Below are positions 9,861 to 18,954 of a stretch of DNA of 33,041 bases, one piece after another (position 1 is the first letter of the stretch; each line of letters starts with the position of its first letter). The position numbers were made by a program, and so were the translations under genes. This DNA comes from Spirochaetae bacterium HGW-Spirochaetae-7 (lineage in GTDB: Bacteria > Spirochaetota > Spirochaetia > Treponematales > UBA12059). Under the pieces are notes generated by a model. The model was not told the DNA's origin. It did not search any database and saw nothing but the letters and a program-made list of their open reading frames with translations. Location: assembly GCA_002839245.1 (NCBI GenBank), contig PGXR01000002.1:1-33041 (forward strand), read 5' to 3'.

Positions 9861-10457
9861 ATGAAGCCGTCCGTAACCGTGGTGGCGGTCATCGCAGCGT
9901 TAGCCGTTTCCTGCGCGTCAGTCGATTCAGATGCTTCTGAATCGGCAGGCCAGCATACACAGAAGGAGTCAACTATGAACTACAGAGGTTTGAAGGTTTA
10001 TCCAGACCGCGCACTCTCGGTGGTGAACCAGGATTCGCAGGGAGTCGCCGCCAAGGGTTACGACATGGTAGCCCTGTTTGACAGGAAGCAGCTCGTTACC
10101 GGAAGCCCTGATTTTTCCGTCAGGCGCCTTGATGCCACCTGGTATTTTGCCAACGAGGCAAACCGTGCCCAATTCAGCGCGTCACCGGATCGGTTCATGC
10201 CCCAGTATGGCGGATACTGCTCGTGGTCCGTAGCCAATGATTCTGAACTGCCGCCTTCGCCGGGTGATCCCAGTGCCTATGATTTCGTCGCTGGCAAGCT
10301 CTACTTCAAGTACAACAAAATGGTGAGGTTCCTGTGGCGCCTCGCGAGCGCTAAGTACATACATAAAGCCGATGCGCGCTGGCCGATGTTCCAGGATACC
10401 ATCAAGGCGTATGTCGCGGATGCAGATGTCCAGCCAACACGAGGAGCACCGAAATGA
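9861..10457 (+). CDS. YHS domain-containing (seleno)protein family, Cys form, probable lipoprotein
   Basis: GYDMVA, TWYFANEANRAQF, PQYGGYC and GKLYF motifs. AVSC lipobox and GGAGG RBS. Confidence 0.85.
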   Translation: MKPSVTVVAVIAALAVSCASVDSDASESAGQHTQKESTMNYRGLKVYPDRALSVVNQDSQGVAAKGYDMVALFDRKQLVTGSPDFSVRRLDATWYFANEANRAQFSASPDRFMPQYGGYCSWSVANDSELPPSPGDPSAYDFVAGKLYFKYNKMVRFLWRLASAKYIHKADARWPMFQDTIKAYVADADVQPTRGAPK

Positions 10458-10960
10458 CTTCACTCGATACTTTCAGAAAAGAAAAGGATGAGGCCTTTGC
10501 CCTCAGTGCTGAATCGCCGTTGGCGGAAAAACAGAAAAAAGGATTCACGGGGCTCAAATATTTTCCGGAGAATTCGGCATTACGATTCGTCGCCAAGCTT
10601 GAAGAGAGCCAGGACCATGCTGTGGCGGTGCTCAGGACGTCCACGGCAGGGACCGAGGAATACGTGCATGCCGGGCAATTCCGTTTTACCGTGGACGATG
10701 TCGAGGTAGTGCTCCAGGCATACCAGGATGACCACGGATACTTCATCCCGTTCATCGATGCCACCTCCCCTTCGGAAAGCTATGGCGCGGGCCGCTACCT
10801 GAACGCCCATGGACACGGCGATGGGACCATCCATGTCGACTTCAACTATGCCTACAACCCGTTCTGCGCCTACAACGAGTCCTGGTCGTGCCCGCTGCCG
10901 CCGAACCAGAACCGCATACTGGTCCGGATCGAAGCCGGCGAGAAGAAATTCCACGATTGA
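10454..10960 (+). CDS. DUF1684 domain protein
   Basis: FTGLKYF, PFIDATS..SYGAGRYL, DFNYAYNPFCAYN..SCPLPP..N and IEAGEK motifs. Confidence 0.9.
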   Translation: MTSLDTFRKEKDEAFALSAESPLAEKQKKGFTGLKYFPENSALRFVAKLEESQDHAVAVLRTSTAGTEEYVHAGQFRFTVDDVEVVLQAYQDDHGYFIPFIDATSPSESYGAGRYLNAHGHGDGTIHVDFNYAYNPFCAYNESWSCPLPPNQNRILVRIEAGEKKFHD

Positions 10961-10979
10961 GCTTGGGGAGGGTGTGGCC

Positions 10980-11837
10980 ATGACGTTTGAATACTGGTTC
11001 ATGTTTCCCGTAGCGGCGCTGATCGCGACCGTGGCGATGGCCTCGGGCGTTGAAGGCGCAACCTTCTTTGTGCCGGTTTTCATGCTGGGGCTCAAGCTGC
11101 CGCCGTCGGTGGCCATCGGTACCGGATTGATAACCGAGGTGTTCGGCTTTGCCAGCGGCCTGTTCGCCTACGCCAGGAAGCGCCTGATAGACTACAAGCT
11201 CGGCTTGGCATTGCTGGTTGTGACGGTACCGATGGCGGTCGTCGGCACGGTTCTGTCGGGAGTCGTTCCGCCCTTGCTGCTCAAGGTCATCTTTGCTGTG
11301 GGCCTCGTTGTTGTAGCCCTCAGCTTCCTCAAGAACCTCGATGAGAAGGACGTAGCCCTGCTTGATGACCGGATACAGGTAGAATACAGTGGACCCAGGG
11401 CCTCGACCACCCTGGTTTCGGCAAATGGCGAAAGCATTTCATACACCGTGTGCAACAAGAAGGAAGGTCGGCTGATTGCGGGGATCGGCGGCCTGTTCAT
11501 GGGGATGATCTCCACCGGCCTTGGTGAGATGAATGGCTACTTCCTCCTGCAGCGCTGCAAGGTTCCCAGCAAGGTATCGGTTGCCACGAGCGTGTTCGTC
11601 ATTTCGATCACTGCCTTGTTGTCATCGGCCGGGCATTTTGTACGCTTCGCGACAGGCGGCGGGAATGAACTATCCACCGTGCTCAGCATCGTGATGTTCA
11701 CCGCTCCGGGTGTGGTCATTGGCGGCCAGATCGGTGCCCGTATAGCCAGCCGCATCCCGCAACGTACGCTGGAACTGACGCTGGCCGTGCTCTTCCTCAT
11801 CGTAGCCGGCCTGACTTTGTACCAGAGCCTGGCATAA
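10980..11837 (+). CDS. Sulfite exporter TauE/SafE family membrane protein
   Basis: SGVEGATFFVP, AIGTGL, STGLGE, SVATS and GGQIGA two-repeat pattern. GGGGAGG RBS before the ATG at 10980. Confidence 0.85.
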   Translation: MTFEYWFMFPVAALIATVAMASGVEGATFFVPVFMLGLKLPPSVAIGTGLITEVFGFASGLFAYARKRLIDYKLGLALLVVTVPMAVVGTVLSGVVPPLLLKVIFAVGLVVVALSFLKNLDEKDVALLDDRIQVEYSGPRASTTLVSANGESISYTVCNKKEGRLIAGIGGLFMGMISTGLGEMNGYFLLQRCKVPSKVSVATSVFVISITALLSSAGHFVRFATGGGNELSTVLSIVMFTAPGVVIGGQIGARIASRIPQRTLELTLAVLFLIVAGLTLYQSLA

Positions 11838-11850
11838 GGAGCGCCCTGAT

Positions 11851-12654
11851 ATGGAAAAAGTGATTGCCGTCGCCGCAAGCCTTTCGGTATTCATCACCTG
11901 GGAGGCCCTGCGGCCGTTTTTCGCGTTCGGCAGGGGACATTGGTACCGGGCGGCATCGAACGCCTTCGTGGGCGTCACCAATACGGTGCTCGGCAGGCTG
12001 CTGTTCGCCTGGGTATACGCCCGGGTGTTTGCCGCCTTTACGACGGGCCGCGTTGGCCTCCTTGGCCTGTTCGACATGCCGCCATGGGCGGGGATAGCCC
12101 TGACGCTGCTGCTGCTCGACCTCTGGTCGTACTGGTGGCACCGATTCAACCATACCGTGCCCTTCCTCTGGCGCTTCCACCGGGCCCACCACACGGACAC
12201 CGAGATGGGAGCCACCTCAGCGTACCGTTTCCACCCCGTTGAGATAATCTTCTCGTCGGTACTGCGCCTTCCCCTCATCCTGCTTCTGGGGCTGAAACCC
12301 GAGGGACTGGTGCTGTACGAAACGATACTGACCGTGTCGGTGGCGTTCCACCATGCCAACATCGGTCTTGGACCCAGGGCCGATGCGATGGTTCGCTCGA
12401 TCATCGTTTCACCGGTCATGCACAAACTGCACCATAGCGACAAACCTGGCGAATTCTCGTCGAACTACTCGTCGATACTGTCGGTCTGGGATCGGATTTT
12501 CGGTACCTGGACCGAGACGGAACATCCCGAAGGCATACGCCTGGGTCTTGCTATCTACAGGGACAACTGGTGGCAGGGCTATCGCGGCATCATGCTGACG
12601 CCGTTCAGGGGCAGCGCATCCCTACCGGCCAAGGCAAACAAGGCCGATTCCTGA
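11851..12654 (+). CDS. Sterol desaturase / fatty acid hydroxylase family protein
   Basis: His boxes YWWHRFNH, FHRAHH, FHHAN and HKLHH, plus NYSSILSVWDRIFGT. Confidence 0.92.
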   Translation: MEKVIAVAASLSVFITWEALRPFFAFGRGHWYRAASNAFVGVTNTVLGRLLFAWVYARVFAAFTTGRVGLLGLFDMPPWAGIALTLLLLDLWSYWWHRFNHTVPFLWRFHRAHHTDTEMGATSAYRFHPVEIIFSSVLRLPLILLLGLKPEGLVLYETILTVSVAFHHANIGLGPRADAMVRSIIVSPVMHKLHHSDKPGEFSSNYSSILSVWDRIFGTWTETEHPEGIRLGLAIYRDNWWQGYRGIMLTPFRGSASLPAKANKADS

Positions 12655-12664
12655 GCAAGCAGTC

Positions 12665-13366
12665 CTACTTGTTCTTCTTGTCCTTCTTCTCCTTCTTGTC
12701 TTTGAGCATGGCTTTGACAAGGACGACGAGGACGCTCGCCGCGAAAAGGAGCATCAGAGCCGTCACCAGAGCCTTTGTTCCGCCTGTGAGCGAGCCGCCT
12801 ACATACGAATAGACCAGGGTGGCCGGTAACATGCCCAAGGCCGTCGCAAACAGGAAGTGCGGGAAGCGCAGCGACGTCAGACCGGCCGCGTAGCTGACGA
12901 TATCGAATGAAATGAAGGGGAGCAAGCGCGCGAACAAGACAGCGTGCTTCCCGTATTTGATGAAGAACGTATCGATGGAGTCCAGCGCCATTGCCGATAT
13001 CAGCCGCACGACCGCCGCCCGGCCATACAGGCGGGCTATGCCGAAGCATAGCACCGCGCCGGTCAGCGAACTGGTCCACGTAAGCAGGGCGCCCCACGCC
13101 CAGCCAAAGACTGCCGCATTGGCAAAGGCCAGCACGAACGCCGGCAACGGCGCTATGACCGACTGCAGGAGCATCAGCGCGAATGAAATGGCCGGTCCCC
13201 AGAAGCCCAGTGAATGGATGTAGTCCTGAAGTCGGGCTATGTCCAGGTCGGTAAACAACGCGATCATCGCAAAGAGCCACTCTCTGCTGGCTGGAACAAG
13301 CAGGACCGCGATTACGATGCTTGCCGGTATGGAGATGGAAAGTATCCACCTCATTCTGGATTTCAT
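12665..13366 (-). CDS. TVP38/TMEM64 (DedA/VTT) family membrane protein
   Basis: QSVIAPLPAF, ARLLPFISFDIVSYAAGLT and TALGMLP motifs. Confidence 0.9.
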   Translation of the reverse strand: MKSRMRWILSISIPASIVIAVLLVPASREWLFAMIALFTDLDIARLQDYIHSLGFWGPAISFALMLLQSVIAPLPAFVLAFANAAVFGWAWGALLTWTSSLTGAVLCFGIARLYGRAAVVRLISAMALDSIDTFFIKYGKHAVLFARLLPFISFDIVSYAAGLTSLRFPHFLFATALGMLPATLVYSYVGGSLTGGTKALVTALMLLFAASVLVVLVKAMLKDKKEKKDKKNK

Positions 13367-13448
13367 GCAGAAACCTCCAATGGTTCTACAAAACAGCGCA
13401 GGCTTGCGAGGATAATCTATGGCTTTTATGATGGGAAAGGAACTGCCG

Positions 13449-13751
13449 TTAATCGCCTGCGTGGATGGCCAGGAGCAGGGCTTCTAGTTCCTGCCGGCAG
13501 TCTTTGCAGATTTCTATATGCTTGCGCACCGTGGGCAGCAGCGCCGCGGCATCCTGTCCTGAATCGACCAGATCAGCGTACTGGTGCATCAGTTCGAAGG
13601 CCTGGCCGCAGTCTATCTCGTCCTCGGTCGTAGCGGCTATCATGCCCATCATCTGTTCGGGGGACGGCATACCCGGAGACATCGGATCGTGCCGTCGTGC
13701 TGTATCCAAGGATGCGCGCAAACTCTTGAAAAGGGATTGTAGCCACATCAT
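13449..13751 (-). CDS. Small soluble zinc-binding anti-sigma factor (zf-HC2/ZAS)
   Basis: C..AFELMHQYAD...HIEICKDC (Hx3Cx2C), no TM segment, directly downstream of the ECF sigma. Confidence 0.8.
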   Translation of the reverse strand: MMWLQSLFKSLRASLDTARRHDPMSPGMPSPEQMMGMIAATTEDEIDCGQAFELMHQYADLVDSGQDAAALLPTVRKHIEICKDCRQELEALLLAIHAGD

Positions 13752-13783
13752 GCGGGTTCACGTTCTCCTTGTCGTTCGTCTCT

Positions 13784-13809
13784 GACGACATGAAGGCGGC
13801 GGTTCTTAC
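13784..13809 (-). promoter_or_regulatory. Candidate ECF sigma promoter (copy 2) upstream of the anti-sigma gene
   Basis: Minus strand GTAAGA-ACCGCCGCCTTCATGT-CGTC, between the sigma stop and the anti-sigma RBS (AAGGAG). Confidence 0.65.
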
Positions 13810-13832
13810 GTGTAAAACGCACGATACTGAGG

Positions 13833-14456
13833 TCAACCATGACCAAGGTCACCCATCGTCATGCCATCCCTGGCCATGCGCGCCTTGAGCCTGAGCCGGG
13901 CATCGTGGATGAGCTTGTAGAGCGCGTTGCGGTTGGTACCCAGGCGCTCCGCCGCGACTTCCAGCGGTACGCCCTTGAGGGCAACCAGGGTCAGCGCCGC
14001 CATCTGCTTTTCAGACAGCTCTTCTTGCATGGCTGTCATGAGCCATGTCATGCTCATGGATGACTGCATGCCGGCGTCCGGCTCTGGTGTCTTCGTATCA
14101 GGCATGGTGTCGCCCTGTTCCATGTGCTCATCAAGGGAGCTGTCCTGCCAGCGTTTGCGACGTAGCTCAGAAAGCGCTATCCTGATGCATATCTTGTGGG
14201 CCCAGGTGGTGAAGCGGGAAAGCCCCTTGAAGGTTTCAAGCTTGTCCAGGATCTGTACGAGCGCTTCCTGCACAAAATCCTCGCACAGTTCGCCGAATTC
14301 CCGACCGCTCGCGTGTACCCAGCCGCGCAACGCTGCCCTAAGGCCCGAGAGGAGTATGGCTCTAAGCTCCACCAAGGCACGGTCCCGCTGGATTCCGGAG
14401 GCAGACAGGTCCAGAAGCCATGTGTCGTTGTCACGATACTGCGATTGCTTAATCAT
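13833..14456 (-). CDS. ECF-type sigma-70 family RNA polymerase sigma factor
   Basis: Region 2 EDFVQEA...FKGLSRFTTWAHKI..R and region 4 LSEKQ..AL...VAERLGTNRNALYKLIHDARLRL. Start uncertain (14456 or 14489). Confidence 0.92.
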   Translation of the reverse strand: MIKQSQYRDNDTWLLDLSASGIQRDRALVELRAILLSGLRAALRGWVHASGREFGELCEDFVQEALVQILDKLETFKGLSRFTTWAHKICIRIALSELRRKRWQDSSLDEHMEQGDTMPDTKTPEPDAGMQSSMSMTWLMTAMQEELSEKQMAALTLVALKGVPLEVAAERLGTNRNALYKLIHDARLRLKARMARDGMTMGDLGHG

Positions 14457-14507
14457 GGTTCGGGTTGATGATAATCGCAAGCCACACATGAAGCAAGGGC
14501 GGAATAG

Positions 14508-14533
14508 GTAAGACGAAGCCGACTTGCAGCGTC
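14508..14533 (+). promoter_or_regulatory. Candidate ECF sigma promoter (copy 3), divergent from the sigma gene
   Basis: GTAAGA-CGAAGCCGACTTGCAG-CGTC. Confidence 0.6.
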
Positions 14534-14656
14534 AACGATACAACTGCGCTGGAATGGAGTCTTGAGGATGGGCATTGGTGGGCGGTTTGTAAAGTTCGAT
14601 CCGGTTCATGGCGGTTTCCGCGCGGAGACCCTATGCCCCCGCATGAGAAAGGACCC

Positions 14657-15694
14657 ATGAACGCGGCCGAGGTCATCCGCCTGGTTGGCACGAGACTGCC
14701 GTCTTCCCGCATTACCGGTGACGCCTGGATCTTGGGCGGCGGCTATCTTAACCTGGTCTGGCGGGTTCCAGCCAAGCCGCGCTCCGTCATCTTCAAGTAT
14801 GCTCCTCCGCATCTGGTCTCCGATCCCTCCATCTCGATCGACCAGCGAAGGCTTGATATCGAGGCGCGCGCGCTCGAGGCCCTCGGTCCGGGAGGCGATC
14901 TCTCCCCGGTCGCCAGTCAGGCCATCCGTGCTCCGGCTCTCCTCGACCATGACGCAGCTCGGCATTTCATCATCATGGAAGACATCGGAGAGTACCCATA
15001 CCTCGGGCAGTGGCTCTTCCGTGGAGCCGACGAGGTGGCCGCGCGCGACGCGGGCAGGTCCATCGGGGCGTTCATAGGTGGACTTCACCGGATGACCTAC
15101 CAGGTCGAACGTTTCGCCTCCAGCTTCGACAACGCGGCCATCCAAGGGGTGCGTTCAGGGTCGCTGTATCGGATGGTACCGGCAGTCCTCGCTTCCTGGA
15201 CGATACCCGACTCGACCGCCCTCGGCCGGAATGCCATCGAGCTTGGCGAGTCACTCGAGAAGCCCGGCCGATGCCTGACCATGGGTGACCTGTGGCCGAA
15301 CTCCATCATTATATCCGTCAGTGGGATACGCGTGATCGATTGGGAACTGGCGCATTTCGGTCGCCCGCTCCAGGATATCGGACATCTCGCCGCCCATCTT
15401 TGGATGCTCGGACAGCGCGCCCCCGAGGCTCAGGCGGCCGTACGGGTCTCAGCTTGCCTCGAGGCCTTTGTCACCGCATACAGGGAAAGCCTGGGCCACG
15501 ACTCGTCCCGCATTTTCGGACTGGAGGAGGCACGTCTGGCCATGGTCCATGCCGGCTGCGAGATACTGCAGCGTTCGGTCGGCAACTTCACCGAGCAGTA
15601 TCTCTATGCTGGTCTTGGCCGTGCTTCGCCGATCGTCCAGGAGGCCGTCCGCATGGCGGTCTCGTTGCTGAGGGGCGAGAGGGATTTGCTGTAA
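14657..15694 (+). CDS. APH/choline-kinase-like phosphotransferase, methylthioribose kinase (MtnK)-like
   Basis: LGGGYLNLVWRV, SVIFKYAPP, IIMEDIG, GDLWPNSII and VIDWELA motifs. AAGGA RBS before 14657. Confidence 0.8.
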   Translation: MNAAEVIRLVGTRLPSSRITGDAWILGGGYLNLVWRVPAKPRSVIFKYAPPHLVSDPSISIDQRRLDIEARALEALGPGGDLSPVASQAIRAPALLDHDAARHFIIMEDIGEYPYLGQWLFRGADEVAARDAGRSIGAFIGGLHRMTYQVERFASSFDNAAIQGVRSGSLYRMVPAVLASWTIPDSTALGRNAIELGESLEKPGRCLTMGDLWPNSIIISVSGIRVIDWELAHFGRPLQDIGHLAAHLWMLGQRAPEAQAAVRVSACLEAFVTAYRESLGHDSSRIFGLEEARLAMVHAGCEILQRSVGNFTEQYLYAGLGRASPIVQEAVRMAVSLLRGERDLL

Positions 15695-15707
15695 TTCAAT
15701 AAAAAGA

Positions 15708-15737
15708 TTGACAGCATTTAAAAGTCGACTTTATACT
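15708..15737 (+). promoter_or_regulatory. Sigma70 promoter of the catabolic cluster, with a palindromic operator in the spacer
   Basis: TTGACA(15708-13)-N18-TATACT(15732-37) with an A-rich UP element. Perfect palindrome AAAGTCGACTTT at 15721-15732. Confidence 0.8.
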
Positions 15738-15763
15738 ATTTGAAATTGTTGCGAGGAGTTGTG

Positions 15764-16693
15764 ATGCGCAAGAAGGTGATCGTTGACTGCGACAACACCA
15801 TGGGAATGCCGTACGGTGAGATCGATGACGGCCTGACCCTGTTGTACCTGCTGGGACGCGATGACATCGACTTGGTGGGCATCACCAACTGCTACGCGAA
15901 CTCGTCCCTCAAGAGCGTGGAGTATTGGACCGAACGCTTTCTCTGCGAAATCGACAGGACCGACATCCCGAGGTTTTCAGGCAAGCCGTTCTGCGGCCAA
16001 AATTGTACCGAATGGTTCGAGAAGACGTGGGGGCACCATTTCAACGATGAAAAACCGGACGGGAGCAGTCCGAGCGATGCCGCCATCTTCCTGGCGGAGC
16101 AGGCGGACAAGTACCCTGGCCAGATTCACGTGCTGGCTCTCGGTTCGATGACCAACCTGTACGAGGCGGCCGAACTCGACGAGCGGTTTTTCTCGAATCT
16201 TGCCGAGATCGTCCTCATGGGCGGCGTCCACGGGGACCTGCTTCTGAATGAGTGCGCATGCGTCGAGCTCAATCTCGCCTGCAATCCAGCTGGCGCTTAC
16301 CGGGTCTTGAACAACGGCGCTTGTCCCGTCGTAATCATGAACGCCAACATTTGCCTGCAGGCCCCATTCACCGAAAAGGACATGGGCAGGATCTCGTTCT
16401 GGCCGGAAGGCCGCCGGAGAATGGTCCGCGAATGGCTTGGAGTTTTCGGCGGAACATTCTACCTTTGGGATCTTCTTCCTGCCGTATACCTGTCCCATCC
16501 CGAGCTCTTCGATCTCAAGAGCGCACGCATCGCTTCAAGCCTTTCCGATCTTGAGCGGGGAATTCTCGTCACCGGGGATTATGGCGCTGAAGTGACCATG
16601 CCCGACAACATCCTCGATACCGGCCGCTTCATGGACATCATACAGTCGGCTTGGTACGCGGCATGGCAGAAGGAGAAAAACGGTTCCGAATAG
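15764..16693 (+). CDS. Nucleoside hydrolase (IU-NH family), copy 1
   Basis: VIVDCDNTMG..EIDDG, LALGSMTNL, LMGG, ELN and YLWD motifs. GAGGAG RBS. Confidence 0.9.
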   Translation: MRKKVIVDCDNTMGMPYGEIDDGLTLLYLLGRDDIDLVGITNCYANSSLKSVEYWTERFLCEIDRTDIPRFSGKPFCGQNCTEWFEKTWGHHFNDEKPDGSSPSDAAIFLAEQADKYPGQIHVLALGSMTNLYEAAELDERFFSNLAEIVLMGGVHGDLLLNECACVELNLACNPAGAYRVLNNGACPVVIMNANICLQAPFTEKDMGRISFWPEGRRRMVREWLGVFGGTFYLWDLLPAVYLSHPELFDLKSARIASSLSDLERGILVTGDYGAEVTMPDNILDTGRFMDIIQSAWYAAWQKEKNGSE

Positions 16694-16774
16694 AGTCGCT
16701 TTATGATGACAGGTTTCGTTCCGGCCGCTGCTTCTGCAGCAGGCTAAGTCATTATCGATGGCAAGGAGGCTTCA

Positions 16775-18007
16775 ATGCATCGGAAAATCGGTATCGCATT
16801 GTTCTCGCTATTGTTCCTCGTTTCCTTCACGGGAGCTCAGGCGCAGTTCGAGAAGAGCTACATGCAGATGTCATGGGACCAGATCGTGGCCGAAGCCAAG
16901 GGGCAAACCGTCTATTACTACGCCTGGGGTGGCAGCGAGACCATCAACAGTTTCATCAACGGCTACTTCAAGGATCGCCTCGCGCAGAAGTACGGAGTGA
17001 CCCTCAAGCTCGTTCCCGTTACCGACGCTACCACGTACGTGAACAAGGTACTGGGCGAAAAGCAGGCCGGGAAGACGTCCGGGGGCTCCGTGGACCTCGT
17101 CTGGACGAACGGCGAGAACTTCAGGACGATGAAGCAGGGCAACCTGCTCTTCGGACCGTACCTGGACAAGCTCCCGAACGCCAGGTACTACAACGAAGGC
17201 AGCACCGCGTATGATTTCGGCTATCCTGTGGAGGGATTCGAATCACCCTTCGGGTCCGCGCAGGTGGTGATGGAATACAATTCCAAGTACGTGCCGAACC
17301 CGCCCAGGACCATTGCTGAACTCGTAGCCTGGGTCAAGAAGAATCCCGGCAAGTTCACCTACGCGGCGCCGCCCGATTTCACGGGTAGCGTGATCGTCCG
17401 CCATTTCTTCTACGCCAACGCCAACAATCTCGGCGAGTTGATGGGACCCCTCAACGCCTCGGTCTACTCGAGGGTAGCCGCGAAGACCTGGACAATGCTG
17501 AACGACATCGAGCCGTACCTCTGGATGGGCGGCAAGACCTATCCTGAAAACAGCATCAAGTCGCAGGAACTGATCGGCAACGGCGAGATCTGGATCAGCT
17601 TCGAATACGGCCCGAAAGGCGCCGAGTCGAGGATCACCAAGGGAACGTATCCTTCGACCATCAAGACCGCGGTCCTCGATACGGGCACCATAGGAAACAC
17701 CAACTTCCTCGCGATTCCGTTCAATTCCGGAGTCAAGGCGGCGGCGATGCTGGCGTGCAACGAGATGCTCGATCCCGAGGTGCAATACAAAGCGAGCCTC
17801 TCCTCCGACCAGGGAGGAATGTCCTGGATGTCGCCCCTCGACATCACGAAGGTACCACGCGACTGGGCGGTGAAATTCGACGCCCTGCCAAGGCACCCCT
17901 CGACCCTGTCCGGCGAAGTCCTGAATTCCCACAAGGTGTCAGAGTTGATGGCAGATTGGCTCGTCAAGATCGAAAAGGACTGGCAAGCGGAAGTGCTGAA
18001 GAAATAG
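16775..18007 (+). CDS. ABC transporter substrate-binding protein (YnjB-like, PotD/TbpA class)
   Basis: Signal peptide. W..IVAEAKGQTV.YYAWGGS, GSVDLVWTNGENF, GKFTYAAPPDFTG and GTIGNTNFLAIPFN motifs. Confidence 0.9.
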   Translation: MHRKIGIALFSLLFLVSFTGAQAQFEKSYMQMSWDQIVAEAKGQTVYYYAWGGSETINSFINGYFKDRLAQKYGVTLKLVPVTDATTYVNKVLGEKQAGKTSGGSVDLVWTNGENFRTMKQGNLLFGPYLDKLPNARYYNEGSTAYDFGYPVEGFESPFGSAQVVMEYNSKYVPNPPRTIAELVAWVKKNPGKFTYAAPPDFTGSVIVRHFFYANANNLGELMGPLNASVYSRVAAKTWTMLNDIEPYLWMGGKTYPENSIKSQELIGNGEIWISFEYGPKGAESRITKGTYPSTIKTAVLDTGTIGNTNFLAIPFNSGVKAAAMLACNEMLDPEVQYKASLSSDQGGMSWMSPLDITKVPRDWAVKFDALPRHPSTLSGEVLNSHKVSELMADWLVKIEKDWQAEVLKK

Positions 18008-18028
18008 CCCGCTTGGCATAAAATCGCG

Positions 18029-18065
18029 CCGCCCGTATAGTCGACAGGATATGCTATGCGGGCGG
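18029..18065 (+). terminator. Intra-operonic stem-loop after the SBP gene (mRNA stabiliser / partial terminator)
   Basis: CCGCCCGTATAG-N13-CTATGCGGGCGG 12-bp stem followed by TTCTTCATTTT. Confidence 0.65.
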
Positions 18066-18090
18066 TTCTTCATTTTCGACAGGAACACCG

Positions 18091-18951
18091 ATGACCAAGA
18101 GAACCACCATCGTACTCCTCCTCTTTCCGACCATCTCCGTGCTCGTGCTGCTGTTCCTCGGCGGCCTGGCGATGGGCCTGATGCAGAGCTTCGGGTACAT
18201 GCCGCTGATCGGCATGAACGATTTCAACATCGACGCGTACGGCAGCCTGTTCGGTGACCAGGAATTCCTCCTGAGCCTCGCCCTCACGCTCTGGATTTCG
18301 ATCAGCTCAACTCTGCTGACGATGGTCCTCGCGATCATCACCGCGCTGGCCTTCAGGAAGACCTTCTCCGGCAAGCGGATAGCGAATTTCCTGTATCAGT
18401 TCCCGATCACCATACCGCATATCGTGATCGCCGTGGGAACATTGCTCGTCTTCTCGCAGAGCGGCATGGCGGCGAGGTTCGCGCACCAGGCAGGATTGAT
18501 CGCCGACCAGAACCAGTTTCCGGTCGTAGTCTCGGACAAGCTCGGGCTGGGCATCATCTACGTATACCTGTGGAAGCAGATCCCCTTCGTCGGCGTCATC
18601 GTACTTTCGATACTTCAAGCAATGGGAAACAATTACGAGGAGCTTGCCAGGTCCCTGGGAGCCAGCAAGTGGCAGGCCTTCCGCCATGTGCTCCTGCCGA
18701 CCATCATACCGGGCATCCTTCCGGCGAGTATCATATGCTTCTCGTTCACCTTCGGGTCGTACGAGGTTCCCTTCCTGCTGGGAAGACCGTATCCGACTGT
18801 CATTTCAGTACTCGCCATGCGCCTGTACCAGGACGTGGACCTGAACGCCAGGCCCCAGGCGATGGCGACCGCCGTCTTCATGGCCGCCTTCATCAGCATC
18901 ATGGTCGTACTCTACAAGCGGCTGCTCGGCAAGATGTCGGGAAGAAGGTAA
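18091..18951 (+). CDS. ABC transporter permease
   Basis: 6 TM segments and an EAA loop YEELARSLGASKWQAF. Confidence 0.92.
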   Translation: MTKRTTIVLLLFPTISVLVLLFLGGLAMGLMQSFGYMPLIGMNDFNIDAYGSLFGDQEFLLSLALTLWISISSTLLTMVLAIITALAFRKTFSGKRIANFLYQFPITIPHIVIAVGTLLVFSQSGMAARFAHQAGLIADQNQFPVVVSDKLGLGIIYVYLWKQIPFVGVIVLSILQAMGNNYEELARSLGASKWQAFRHVLLPTIIPGILPASIICFSFTFGSYEVPFLLGRPYPTVISVLAMRLYQDVDLNARPQAMATAVFMAAFISIMVVLYKRLLGKMSGRR

Positions 18952-18954
18952 AGA

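Noticed and set aside
9861-10457. Possible selenoprotein (YHS family; also checked Prx and AhpD genes)
   Set aside because: All redox positions are Cys codons, and there is no in-frame TGA needing read-through.
10980-11837. TauE/SafE as the sulfite exporter of the proposed pathway
   Set aside because: It lies in a separate, putatively ECF-driven operon, and the family is functionally broad; no direct link can be supported.
12668-12703. TTCTT-rich 9-bp periodic stretch
   Set aside because: Encodes the Lys-rich tail KDKKEKKDKKNK of the TVP38 protein.
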